Below are positions 8,303 to 18,333 of a stretch of 32,000 nucleotides of DNA, in pieces (positions within the stretch are counted from its first letter, which is position 1; every line of letters begins with the position of its first letter). The notes under the pieces are model-generated. The model was given only the letters and a program-made list of their open reading frames with translations, was not told the origin of the DNA and made no database searches. Source of the DNA: Acinetobacter wanghuae (lineage in GTDB: Bacteria; Pseudomonadota; Gammaproteobacteria; Pseudomonadales; Moraxellaceae); contig NZ_CP045650.1 in NCBI RefSeq assembly GCF_009557235.1, forward strand, positions 1,080,001-1,112,000, read 5' to 3'. Both the position numbers and the translations under genes were made by a program.

Positions 8303-9592
8303 ATGAATAAGAACGAGATTAATCTCATGAATAGAAATTCAATAACTGCAGTAACAAAAAGAAATGATACTTTGCTCATGTCGCTTGAGAGTGAGCCGAA
8401 AGATTACCGATTGCTTGTTCAAGACAAACTGTACCTCTATGTTCAAAAGACAGGCAAAAAATATTGGCAAATCAGATATAAAAAAGCAGACGGTAAATGG
8501 AGTTGGTACGGTCTAGGGGTATTTCCAACGATAAATATGAAACAAGCAATTCAATTGGCGAACGAGTTTACTCGTCAATGCGAGGAGGGTAATTTTTCTT
8601 TTGGAAAAAATACTCAATCTAATAAATATAAACTGCGTACCTTAATGGACAGCTGGTTGAATGTATCAAAAGGAAAATGGGGTAAAAAATACAATAAATC
8701 AGTAGTCAATGCAGTTAAAAAGCATGTGTATCCTGTATTTGGCGAACGTGATTTCAGAAGTATTACATCTCAGGAGTGGTCAACTTTTTTTCTAGGCTTG
8801 ATTGAAAATCATTTAATGTCAGTCAGGGAGAAACTGTATGGTTATGTTAATTCTGCCTATAGATGGGCGACAATCCAATATAACTTACAGGCAAATCCTT
8901 TGCCAGCAATCAACGAGTTTCTTCCTAAATATAAGAGAAGGGAACATGAACATATTGATATTAGCGAACTAGATCAGTTCTTAAAGGATATTCGTGCTTA
9001 TCCCGTTCAGGATGTCAGTATTGGATTAGAGTTAGTTTTATTGTTATTTCCTAGACATGGAGAAATGCGCCAAGCGAAATGGGAACAATTTAACTTAGAA
9101 AAAAAATATTGGATCAAACCAAAAGAGATTATGAAAAATGGAAAAGTACATAAAGTATACTTATCTCACCAAGCTGTAACATTACTTAAAAGATTGAAAG
9201 CGATTCAAGAACCTTCAATATATTTATTTCCAAAGCGAGGAAATGTGAATGATCATATGAGTGAGGGGCGATTTACAACGGCGCTAGAAAAAATGGGGTA
9301 TAAGGATCGGATGACTGTACACGGTGTAAGGTATCTTGCAAGTACCACATTAAATAATGCTTTTAGTGGTAAGTGGCAAGTTATTGAAGCAACTTTGTCC
9401 CATAAAAAAGGAGGTGTGAAGGGGGTTTATGATAAAGCAGACCATTTTGATGAGTCGGCTGAAATGATGCAGTGGTGGGCTGATTATATTAATAATCCGA
9501 ACATAAAGAGAAAGAGTAAAACTAAAATACGAAAAGCATATGGTATCTATAAAACGCCTAGAGTGTATAAAAAACCTAGTCTTTCAATATAG
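8303..9592 (+). CDS. int: Tyrosine-type site-specific integrase, divergent P4-like paralogue (Int3) with a basic C-terminal extension
   Basis: WQIRYKKADGKWSWYGLGVFPT; LFPRHGEMR, HGVRYLAST, LSHKKGGVKGVYDKADH. It has an extra lysine/arginine-rich tail, NPNIKRKSKTKIRKAYGIYKTPRVYKKPSLSI. It starts 90 nt after Int2 with no att-like repeat in between. Confidence 0.85.
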   Translation: MNKNEINLMNRNSITAVTKRNDTLLMSLESEPKDYRLLVQDKLYLYVQKTGKKYWQIRYKKADGKWSWYGLGVFPTINMKQAIQLANEFTRQCEEGNFSFGKNTQSNKYKLRTLMDSWLNVSKGKWGKKYNKSVVNAVKKHVYPVFGERDFRSITSQEWSTFFLGLIENHLMSVREKLYGYVNSAYRWATIQYNLQANPLPAINEFLPKYKRREHEHIDISELDQFLKDIRAYPVQDVSIGLELVLLLFPRHGEMRQAKWEQFNLEKKYWIKPKEIMKNGKVHKVYLSHQAVTLLKRLKAIQEPSIYLFPKRGNVNDHMSEGRFTTALEKMGYKDRMTVHGVRYLASTTLNNAFSGKWQVIEATLSHKKGGVKGVYDKADHFDESAEMMQWWADYINNPNIKRKSKTKIRKAYGIYKTPRVYKKPSLSI

Positions 9593-9601
9593 CCTATAAA
9601 T

Positions 9602-9630
9602 AAAAAGCCCCTGTAAATAGGGGCTTTTTA
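9602..9630. terminator. Bidirectional rho-independent terminator between Int3 and the convergent 75-aa ORF
   Basis: AGCCCCT (9606-9612) pairs with AGGGGCT (9619-9625) around a 6-nt loop. It is flanked by an A-run on the left and a T-run on the right. Confidence 0.75.
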
Positions 9631-9858
9631 TTATCCAAAATGAAATTCTGGTACTAATTTTCTGAAAGTATGTTTCACATCATCAAAAGTTAAACTAGGG
9701 GATTCATCGAATAAGCTTTCGATCCAAATATAGAGTGCGCGATGATCACTATATGAGCAGTCATCACCTAAGTATTTTGCGAGGTGATATTCATTTGGGA
9801 TTCCATATTCATGAATCAGTTGCATTAATATTCTACGTATTTCTTGGTCTTTAAACAT
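9631..9858 (-). CDS. Small hypothetical protein (75 aa)
   Basis: ORF bounded by the bidirectional terminator. No recognisable motif, so its coding status is uncertain. Confidence 0.4.
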   Translation of the reverse strand: MFKDQEIRRILMQLIHEYGIPNEYHLAKYLGDDCSYSDHRALYIWIESLFDESPSLTFDDVKHTFRKLVPEFHFG

Positions 9859-9986
9859 AAGGCTGAACCTTTATTTTTGTTTACATCTCTTTTTTAATAT
9901 AGAAATGATGTTGATTCAATTGAGATATGTAACTGAAGTTTAATGATAAAGTTAATTCTAGGTCATGAATTAAAAAGACTAAAATT

Positions 9987-10962
9987 AACCCGAATCCTGT
10001 TTAAGCCGATGACTCCATAATTTGAATTGTTGGCTTATTTTTATGGATCAATTGATATGCACACAAGGACGCGTAAATCCCTCCTAGAAATCCATGAACA
10101 CTGCGTGCTTTGCTTGTCACTAAATTGTACTGACCTTTCAATAAACTGAATAAAGTCTCTATCTTATTGCGCTGTTTTAAGTGATATTTATCTGCCTCAG
10201 AAAGTTGTGTAGCCTGCATATTTTTTCGATGATAGGTAATTAAATCAATGCCTTGCTCTTTTAATCTAATCTTCAGTTCTTGACTAATATAGCCACGATC
10301 TCCATACAGCTTTGCTTCCATCTCTTTAACGAGTCTCTCAACCATTTTTATGTCAGCAACATGTCCATTCGATAAAGCAGAACAAGCAATTTCCCCAAAT
10401 TGGTTCATTGCAATGTGCAATTTACAGCCATAAAACCAGCCCATTGAACTTTTACCACGAGATGCAATTTTAGCTAAAGATTTATGGCGTTGAATACGTT
10501 GATTTTTACAAACTGGCAAAGTCGTTGAATCAATCCATAAATATTGTGTACCTTGGTCTTTCATCAGCACCACATGTAAAGCGTGTAGAGCCAATTGGTG
10601 CATATTGATCAGATGAATCATCCTTTGATAGCAAGGCAAATACTTAAATAAATGGTTTTTATCTTCTTTTAACCAAATGAAAAATGCTTTGAAATTATTG
10701 AAATGAGAACATTTATACCAGATCGCGATAAAACAGATTTCTGAAATGGTTAAATGAGCAGTTCTGATTCTTAACGAACGATTACTTTGCTTAAGAAAAT
10801 TCCAATAGGTTGCTTCAAATTTGAGAAAGAAATCATCAATTAAGCAGAATAATTCGGTACTATTAAACATCGGGACTAGAGTTGTGAGTTTTGTGTGGTA
10901 ACTCAACTGATGGCTCTAGTCCTTCTATTTTTCAAGTTAATTTCTTATCCGCGATTCGGGTT
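9987..10962 (-). mobile_element. IS982-family insertion sequence, copy 1 (976 bp)
   Basis: Terminal inverted repeats: AACCCGAATCGCGGATAAG (reverse complement of 10944-10962) versus AACCCGAATCCTGTTTAAG (9987-10005), 15/19 matching with the first 10 perfect. Single transposase ORF. The flanks read AAATT|IS|AAATT. Confidence 0.85.
10001..10906 (-). CDS. IS982-family DDE transposase
   Basis: 301 aa. The N-terminal ELFCLIDDFFLKF...LTISEICFIAIWYKCSHFNNFKAFF is typical of the IS982 family. Candidate DDE residues lie in WIDSTTLPVC, YGDRGYIS and RNKIETLFSLLK. The track's TTG start may be replaced by the internal ATG (MFNSTELF). Confidence 0.85.
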   Translation of the reverse strand: MSYHTKLTTLVPMFNSTELFCLIDDFFLKFEATYWNFLKQSNRSLRIRTAHLTISEICFIAIWYKCSHFNNFKAFFIWLKEDKNHLFKYLPCYQRMIHLINMHQLALHALHVVLMKDQGTQYLWIDSTTLPVCKNQRIQRHKSLAKIASRGKSSMGWFYGCKLHIAMNQFGEIACSALSNGHVADIKMVERLVKEMEAKLYGDRGYISQELKIRLKEQGIDLITYHRKNMQATQLSEADKYHLKQRNKIETLFSLLKGQYNLVTSKARSVHGFLGGIYASLCAYQLIHKNKPTIQIMESSA

Positions 10963-11102
10963 AAATTAAATAATCAAATTGACTAAAGGTTAAAATAAAA
11001 ACATATAGCAATCAAAATTTTATATAGAAATTAATAAAATTGTATTTATGTTTATTTAATGTAATCTTACTGGTTTATTTCTGTAAAACAGAGGGTTGAT
11101 TC

Positions 11103-14100
11103 ATGTCAAAAGAAATTTTAATTTTAAAAGAAGGCATCAAGACAACTTTAGAGGCTAGCCAAGTAGAAAATATTGTTCAGCAGTCGGAACAGATTATTGT
11201 AAAGCTCAAGAATGGTGAGCAAATTATCCTATCTAAAACTGAAAATTTTTCTATTGATGTTTTGGAGAATAATAAAAGCATATTGCGACTAGATTCTTCT
11301 AATCTAGAAAGCCTGAGTGAATTAGAAAAATTTTTAGCGCAGGAATCAAATTTTTGGTTCGATAATAAATTTATTACTTATGGTGGCGGTGGACTTTTAA
11401 CAGCAGGAGTTGTGGCTGCAGCAAGTAGTGGTGGAGGTGGTAGTACATCAGGAGATATAACTCCCCCAGTGACATTGACGCAGGAATTATCTGCAGACAA
11501 TAAAACCGTAACAGGTACGACTGAAGCAAATGCAACGGTGACGGTAAGTTATAACGGTAAAGTGATTGGCACTGCAGTTGCAGGTACTGATGGCACATAC
11601 AGCGTGACCTTGGACAAGGTGTATAACAATGGTGAGAAGCTAGAGGTTATTGCAACTGACACAGCCAATAACAGTACAACACCAAATAGCATCATAGCGC
11701 CTGATAAAACAGCGCCAGCAAGCTTAACGCAAGCGATCAGTGCTGATGGTCAAACGATCACAGGTACAACTGAAGCTGGCGCAACAGTCACAGCAACATT
11801 CAATGGTCAAGTGGTTGGTACAGCGGTTGCAGGTACAGATGGTCAATACACATTGACACTGAATCCAGCATTCACCAACGGTGAACAGCTTGCAGTGATT
11901 GCAACAGACAAAGCCAATAACAGCACCAAGCCAAACACTGTCACAGCACCAGATAGCACAGCCCCAGTGACCTTGACGCAAGTATTGTCAGCAGACAATA
12001 AAACCGTAACAGGTACGACTGAAGCAAATGCGACAGTGACGGTAAGTTATAACGGTAAAGTGATTGGCACTGCAGTTGCAGGTACTGATGGCACATACAG
12101 CGTGACCTTGGACAAGGTATATAACAATGGTGAGAAGCTAGAGGTTATTGCAACTGACACAGCCAATAACAGTACAACACCAAATAGCATCATAGCGCCT
12201 GATAAAACAGCGCCAGCAAGCTTAACGCAAGCGATCAGTGCTGATGGTCAACGATCACAGGTACAACTGAAGCTGGCGCAACAGTCACAGCAACATTCAA
12301 TGGTCAAGTGGTTGGTACAGCGTTGCATACAGATGGTCAATACACATTGACACTGAATCCAGCATTCACCAACGGTGAACAGCTTGCAGTGATTGCAACA
12401 GACAAAGCCAATAACAGCACCAAGCCAAACACTGTCACAGCACCAGATAGCACAGCCCCAGTGACCTTGACGCAAGTATTGTCAGCAGACAATAAAACCG
12501 TAACAGGTACGACTGAAGCAAATGCGACAGTGACGGTAAGTTATAACGGTAAAGTGATTGGCACTGCAGTTGCAGGTACTGATGGCACATACAGCGTGAC
12601 CTTGGACAAGGTATATAACAATGGTGAGAAGCTAGAGGTTATTGCAACTGACACAGCCAATAACAGTACAACACCAAATAGCATCATAGCGCCTGATAAA
12701 ACAGCGCCAGCAAGCTTAACGCAAGCGATCAGTGCTGATGGTCAAACGATCACAGGTACAACTGAAGCTGGCGCAACAGTCACAGCAACATTCAATGGTC
12801 AAGTGGTTGGTACAGCGGTTGCAGGTACAGATGGTCAATACACATTGACACTGAATCCAGCATTCACCAACGTGAACAGCTTGCAGTGATTGCAACAGAC
12901 AAAGCCAATAACAGCACCAAGCCAAACACTGTCACAGCACCAGATAGCACAGCCCCAGCGACCTTGACGCAAGTATTGTCAGCAGACAATAAAACCGTAA
13001 CAGGTACGACTGAAGCAAATGCGACAGTGACGGTAAGTTATAACGGTAAAGTGATTGGCACTGCAGTTGCAGGTACTGATGGCACATACAGCGTGACCTT
13101 GGACAAGGTATATAACAATGGTGAGAAGCTAGAGGTTATTGCAACTGACACAGCCAATAACAGTACAACACCAAATAGCATCATAGCGCCTGATAAAACA
13201 GCGCCAGCAAGCTTAACGCAAGCGATCAGTGCTGATGGTCAAACGATCACAGGTACAACTGAAGCTGGCGCAACAGTCACAGCAACATTCAATGGTCAAG
13301 TGGTTGGTACAGCGGTTGCAGGTACAGATGGTCAATACACATTGACACTGAATCCAGCATTCACCAACGGTGAACAGCTTGCAGTGATTGCAACAGACAA
13401 AGCCAATAACAGCACCAAGCCAAACACTGTCACAGCACCAGATAGCACAGCCCCAGCGACCTTGACGCAAGTATTGTCAGCAGACAATAAACCGTAACAG
13501 GTACGACTGAAGCAAATGCGACAGTGACGGTAAGTTATAACGGTAAAGTGATTGGCACTGCAGTTGCAGGTACTGATGGCACATACAGCGTGACCTTGGA
13601 CAAGGTATATAACAATGGTGAGAAGCTAGAGGTTATTGCAACTGACACAGCCAATAACAGTACAACACCAAATAGCATCATAGCGCCTGATAAAACAGCG
13701 CCAGCAAGCTTAACGCAAGCGATCAGTGCTGATGGTCAAACGATCACAGGTACAACTGAAGCTGGCGCAACAGTCACAGCAACATTCAATGGTCAAGTGG
13801 TTGGTACAGCGGTTGCAGGTACAGATGGTCAATACACATTGACACTGAATCCAGCATTCACCAACGGTGAACAGCTTGCAGTGATTGCAACAGACAAAGC
13901 CAATAACAGCACCAAGCCAAACACTGTCACAGCACCAGATAGCACAGCCCCAGCGACCTTGACGCAAGTATTGTCAGCAGACAATAAAACCGTAACAGGT
14001 ACGACTGAAGCAAATGCGACAGTGACGGTAAGTTATAACGGTAAAGTGATTGGCACTGCAGTTGCAGGTACTGATGGCACATACAGCGTGACCTTGGACA

Positions 14101-17100
14101 AGGTATATAACAATGGTGAAGCTAGAGGTTATTGCAACTGACACAGCCAATAACAGTACAACACCAAATAGCATCATAGCGCCTGATAAAACAGCGCCAG
14201 CAAGCTTAACGCAAGCGATCAGTGCTGATGGTCAAACGATCACAGGTACAACTGAAGCTGGCGCAACAGTCACAGCAACATTCAATGGTCAAGTGGTTGG
14301 TACAGCGGTTGCAGGTACAGATGGTCAATACACATTGACACTGAATCCAGCATTCACCAACGGTGAACAGCTTGCAGTGATTGCAACAGACAAAGCCAAT
14401 AACAGCACCAAGCCAAACACTGTCACAGCACCAGATAGCACAGCCCCAGCGACCTTGACGCAAGTATTGTCAGCAGACAATAAAACCGTAACAGGTACGA
14501 CTGAAGCAAATGCGACAGTGACGGTAAGTTATAACGGTAAAGTGATTGGCACTGCAGTTGCAGGTACTGATGGCACATACAGCGTGACCTTGGACAAGGT
14601 ATATAACAATGGTGAGAAGCTAGAGGTTATTGCAACTGACACAGCCAATAACAGTACAACACCAAATAGCATCATAGCGCCTGATAAAACAGCGCCAGCA
14701 AGCTTAACGCAAGCGATCAGTGCTGATGGTCAAACGATCACAGGTACAACTGAAGCTGGCGCAACAGTCACAGCAACATTCAATGGTCAAGTGGTTGGTA
14801 CAGCGGTTGCAGGTACAGATGGTCAATACACATTGACACTGAATCCAGCATTCACCAACGGTGAACAGCTTGCAGTGATTGCAACAGACAAAGCCAATAA
14901 CAGCACCAAGCCAAACACTGTCACAGCACCAGATAGCACAGCCCCAGTGACCTTGACGCAAGTATTGTCAGCAGACAATAAAACCGTAACAGGTACGACT
15001 GAAGCAAATGCGACAGTGACGGTAAGTTATAACGGTAAAGTGATTGGCACTGCAGTTGCAGGTACTGATGGCACATACAGCGTGACCTTGGACAAGGTAT
15101 ATAACAATGGTGAGAAGCTAGAGGTTATTGCAACTGACACAGCCAATAACAGTACAACACCAAATAGCATCATAGCGCCTGATAAACAGCGCCAGCAAGC
15201 TTAACGCAAGCGATCAGTGCTGATGGTCAAACGATCACAGGTACAACTGAAGCTGGCGCAACAGTCACAGCAACATTCAATGGTCAAGTGGTTGGTACAG
15301 CGGTTGCAGGTACAGATGGTCAATACACATTGACACTGAATCCAGCATTCACCAACGGTGAACAGCTTGCAGTGATTGCAACAGACAAAGCCAATAACAG
15401 CACCAAGCCAAACACTGTCACAGCACCAGATAGCACAGCCCCAGCGACCTTGACGCAAGTATTGTCAGCAGACAATAAAACCGTAACAGGTACGACTGAA
15501 GCAAATGCGACAGTGACAGTAAGTTATAACGGTAAAGTGATTGGCACTGCAGTTGCAGGTACTGATGGCACATACAGCGTGACCTTGGACAAGGTATATA
15601 ACAATGGTGAGAAGCTTGAAATTATTGCTAAAGATCAGGCGGATAATGCAGTAACGAAAAACTTATATGCTCCAATTGCTCAGTTAGAAAATGCAGATGC
15701 ACACTTTGAATTAGCTGAAATATTTGAAACACAGACGGTATTGAAAGATGACATCGTCTATAGTCAGCAAGATCAAAGCTCGATGTATATTTATGTTGAT
15801 TTTGAAGTCACAGGTGAAAATTCATTAATTCTTCTCAGCTTAACTAACGCATCGGGCAGTATAAATGGTTCTTATAACTACAGTATCTACGGAAATGGAA
15901 TAAGTTCTTCTAGTTCTAAAACAATTTCAAGCATAGGTTTAAGTTATCAAGATATTATTCTTGTAGAAGGGTTGGCACCTGGTCATTACACTTTACAGCT
16001 CGATGCATATTCTTGGAATACGGATTTTGAGTTAGTCGTAAAACAAGAAAAACTCGTAAATGAATTGGTGTTCGAAGGCTATGAAACTGTAGTCGGTCAT
16101 ATTTTTGCTGATGTAAATGGTAAAGTTTCAGCCCCACAAAGCTATATTCTAAAAGTAGGTGACCAAGAAATCCGAGTTGAAAATGGTAAGGGCGACGTAG
16201 AATCCATCACCTATCATACTCAGCATGGTTCTCTTACATTAAAAGCCAATGGCTCTTATACATATCAGTCAAGTTGGTCTGAATCAGGTTTAGATGCAAA
16301 AGGTTTGAATGATCAACTCAACATTCAAATTATCAGTATGGATGGTCAAGCCAAAAGTGATTATCAAGTTTATATCACCACGGATATTACACCACCTGTT
16401 GCAGGTGAGTTGATCTTTACTAATTTTGAAGATTCTGGCATCTCGGCAATTGACGGCATTACAAATGACGCATCGTTTGATTTATCGATTCAAGGCAATG
16501 AGCTAAATAGTACAGTCGAGTATCAGTATTCAACAGATGGTGGTGTGACTTGGACTAAATTTGATCGTCAATTTGATTATTGGGGTGATGGATTCAACTT
16601 CTTCGATGAAGGTACATATAGCTTTAGAGCGAAAATAACCGATTTTCTAGGTAATGAAAGCTACACTGATATTAAAACCATTACAGTTGATTTGACTGCA
16701 CCTGAGTTGCAATCTGTATTTAGTTATGATGCGCAGAATGATCAAGTCATTTTCAATGCACCAAAAGATGAATATGAAGTTTACAAATGGGTAAATGATG
16801 AATGGCAGGCTGTGAAGCTGAACAATACGGTAGGTTGGGATTCAGCCAAATATAAAGTTGTTGCAACTGATGTTGCTGGAAATACAGCAGAGATAATATT
16901 TAATATTGGTGAAGTTTCTGGAACGTATAAACCTGATTCTTCGGCAGATCAGAATATTATTAAAGGTACTGAGGGAAGCGATTATCTCTATGGAGGTGAT
17001 GGCGATGATATATTAATTTCATATGGTGCTGGAGATCGTCTGTATGGCGGTAAAGGTGACGATACACTAATTTATGGAGGAAATTCTAATCAATATATGC

Positions 17101-18191
17101 TTTTACAGGGTGGAGAGGGTGTTGATACTTATATTATTGATAAAAAATTATTAACGAATGGTAGTTACATTCATTTGTTAGATGAAGGGTGGACCACTCC
17201 TTTAAATAATATTTTATATTTGAATTCTGTTTTACCAGAAGAAGTACACCTGAAACATATATCAAGTGGATTTGAAATTACATTTAATGATTTAAGTGCA
17301 AAAATATCAGTGAGCTATGATCCTATTAACAGGATTTACTTTGATGATGGTACAGTGTGGGATCATGAATATATTAAATCCTTAGGTAAGTTGGTAGGCA
17401 CTGAAGAAAATGATGAATTGTTAGCTGATTCTGAAATATATGTCATTGAAGGATTAGGCGGAGATGATTATTTAATTGGAGGAGAACAAGACGACTTACT
17501 ATATGGTGATGCTGGTGATGATACTCTTATCGCACTTGGTGGCACAGATAATTTATACGGTGGACAAGGTAATGATATCTTCATCGTAAGAGAAGGAATT
17601 CGAGCCACATTACATGGTGATGAAGGTAGTAACACTTATGTAGTCAATAAAGATTATCTGAAAGGCTATGTACATATTTTGCCAGATTCTAATGCCACTG
17701 ATACTTTAAAGTTAGAAGGTTTCAATATTAATGATTTAGTAGTTACCTCTAAATCAAATGATCTAGAAATTACATTTAATCAAAGTACAGGAACAATTAA
17801 TATTTATAATCAATTATCTTCTTATGGTGGAGGTGTTGACTTTATTGAATTTGATGACGGCACCATTTGGGATCGTGAAACAATCTTAAATAAAGTCAAT
17901 GCGCCTCAATATGCACAGTTCTCAATAGGTGAAGAATCGCTACATGATGTATTGAGTGTAGAAGATGCTGATTTATTCGATCATTCTGCTGATGGGATGT
18001 TATTGAATGAGAACCTAGTGACATCATTGTTAATTGAATCAACTGATAACGAAATTGACTTAACTCAATTCGTTGGTGATGTAACCGAAACTACTGCATC
18101 TGCATCGGGTATTGATACTGCTACCTTAGTTAGCAATTATCGAGTAGATGTATATGATGAGTTGTTGATGACTAATACAATGAACATCTAA
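11103..18191 (+). pseudogene. Bap-like giant T1SS-type RTX adhesin gene with about 17 Ig-like repeats, interrupted by frame-disrupting deletions (or by sequencing errors)
   Basis: Six collinear ORF fragments all translate to the same repeat protein: 11103-12350, 12308-12889, 12886-13497, 13524-14141, 14113-15204 and 15288-18191. Their start mod 3 values are 0,2,1,0,1,0. Restoring 9 missing nt would give one ORF of roughly 2365 aa. The N-terminal region has a Gly-rich linker. The C-terminal part has GGxGxD-type RTX nonapeptides (YGGDGDDILISYGAGDRLYGGKGDDTLIYGG; GLGGDDYLIGGEQDDLLYGDAGDDTLIALGGTDNLYGGQGNDIF). It also has two hemolysin-type Ca-binding-related modules (IYFDDGTVWDHEYI; IEFDDGTIWDRETI). 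GAGGG lies 8 nt before the ATG at 11103. Confidence 0.7.
11464..15615 (+). repeat. Tandem array of about 8.3 units of 498 bp, each unit being two alternating 249-bp (83-aa) Ig-like modules
   Basis: The marker AGCTTAACGC recurs at 11721, 12219, 12713, 13210, 13707, 14203, 14701 and 15198, spaced 498, 494, 497, 497, 496, 498 and 497 nt. Module A reads P(V/A)TLTQVLSADNKTVTGTTEANATVTVSYNGKVIGTAVAGTDGTYSVTLDKVYNNGEKLEVIATDTANNSTTPNSIIAPDKTA. Module B reads PASLTQAISADGQTITGTTEAGATVTATFNGQVVGTAVAGTDGQYTLTLNPAFTNGEQLAVIATDKANNSTKPNTVTAPDSTA. Units are almost identical at the nucleotide level. Confidence 0.95.
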
Positions 18192-18223
18192 TATTATTTG
18201 GCTTTAAATAATATTCTAGTTTT

Positions 18224-18258
18224 AAAAAAACCGAGTTAAGAAATTAGCTCGGTTTTTA
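18224..18258 (+). terminator. Rho-independent terminator of the adhesin gene
   Basis: AACCGAG (18229-18235) pairs with CTCGGTT (18248-18254) and the stem is extendable with one mismatch. It is preceded by an A-run and followed by a T-run. Confidence 0.7.
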
Positions 18259-18333
18259 TTTGAATTAATGGAAAACTTTCTTAAAAAATTGACATAAAGT
18301 TCAAGATTATTGTTGAAAATAATAGCTTAAAAA

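Noticed and set aside
9908-9918. An 11-mer, ATGTTGATTCA, identical to the sequence just right of att copy B (25338-25348), with 13/16 matching over AAGATATGTTGATTCA. It could be a third, degenerate junction splitting island 2 at about 9.9 kb.
   Set aside because: The core repeat itself is absent there and no integrase follows. A single 11-16-nt AT-rich match is within what chance could give in 32 kb. It may be worth revisiting if comparative data show a boundary here.
11374-15458. A series of minus-strand Cys-rich ORFs of 67-85 aa (MRQG(H/R)WGCAIWCCDSVWLG...), recurring every ~497 nt. They could be mistaken for a family of small cysteine-rich peptides.
   Set aside because: They are the antisense reading of the adhesin tandem repeat and recur only because the repeat recurs. 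The sense strand encodes a coherent Ig-like repeat protein with an RBS and a terminator.
11464-15615. A regular repeat array that could superficially suggest a CRISPR locus.
   Set aside because: The units are 249/498 bp, contiguous, lack unique spacers, and are coding. CRISPR repeats are 24-48 bp and alternate with unique spacers.
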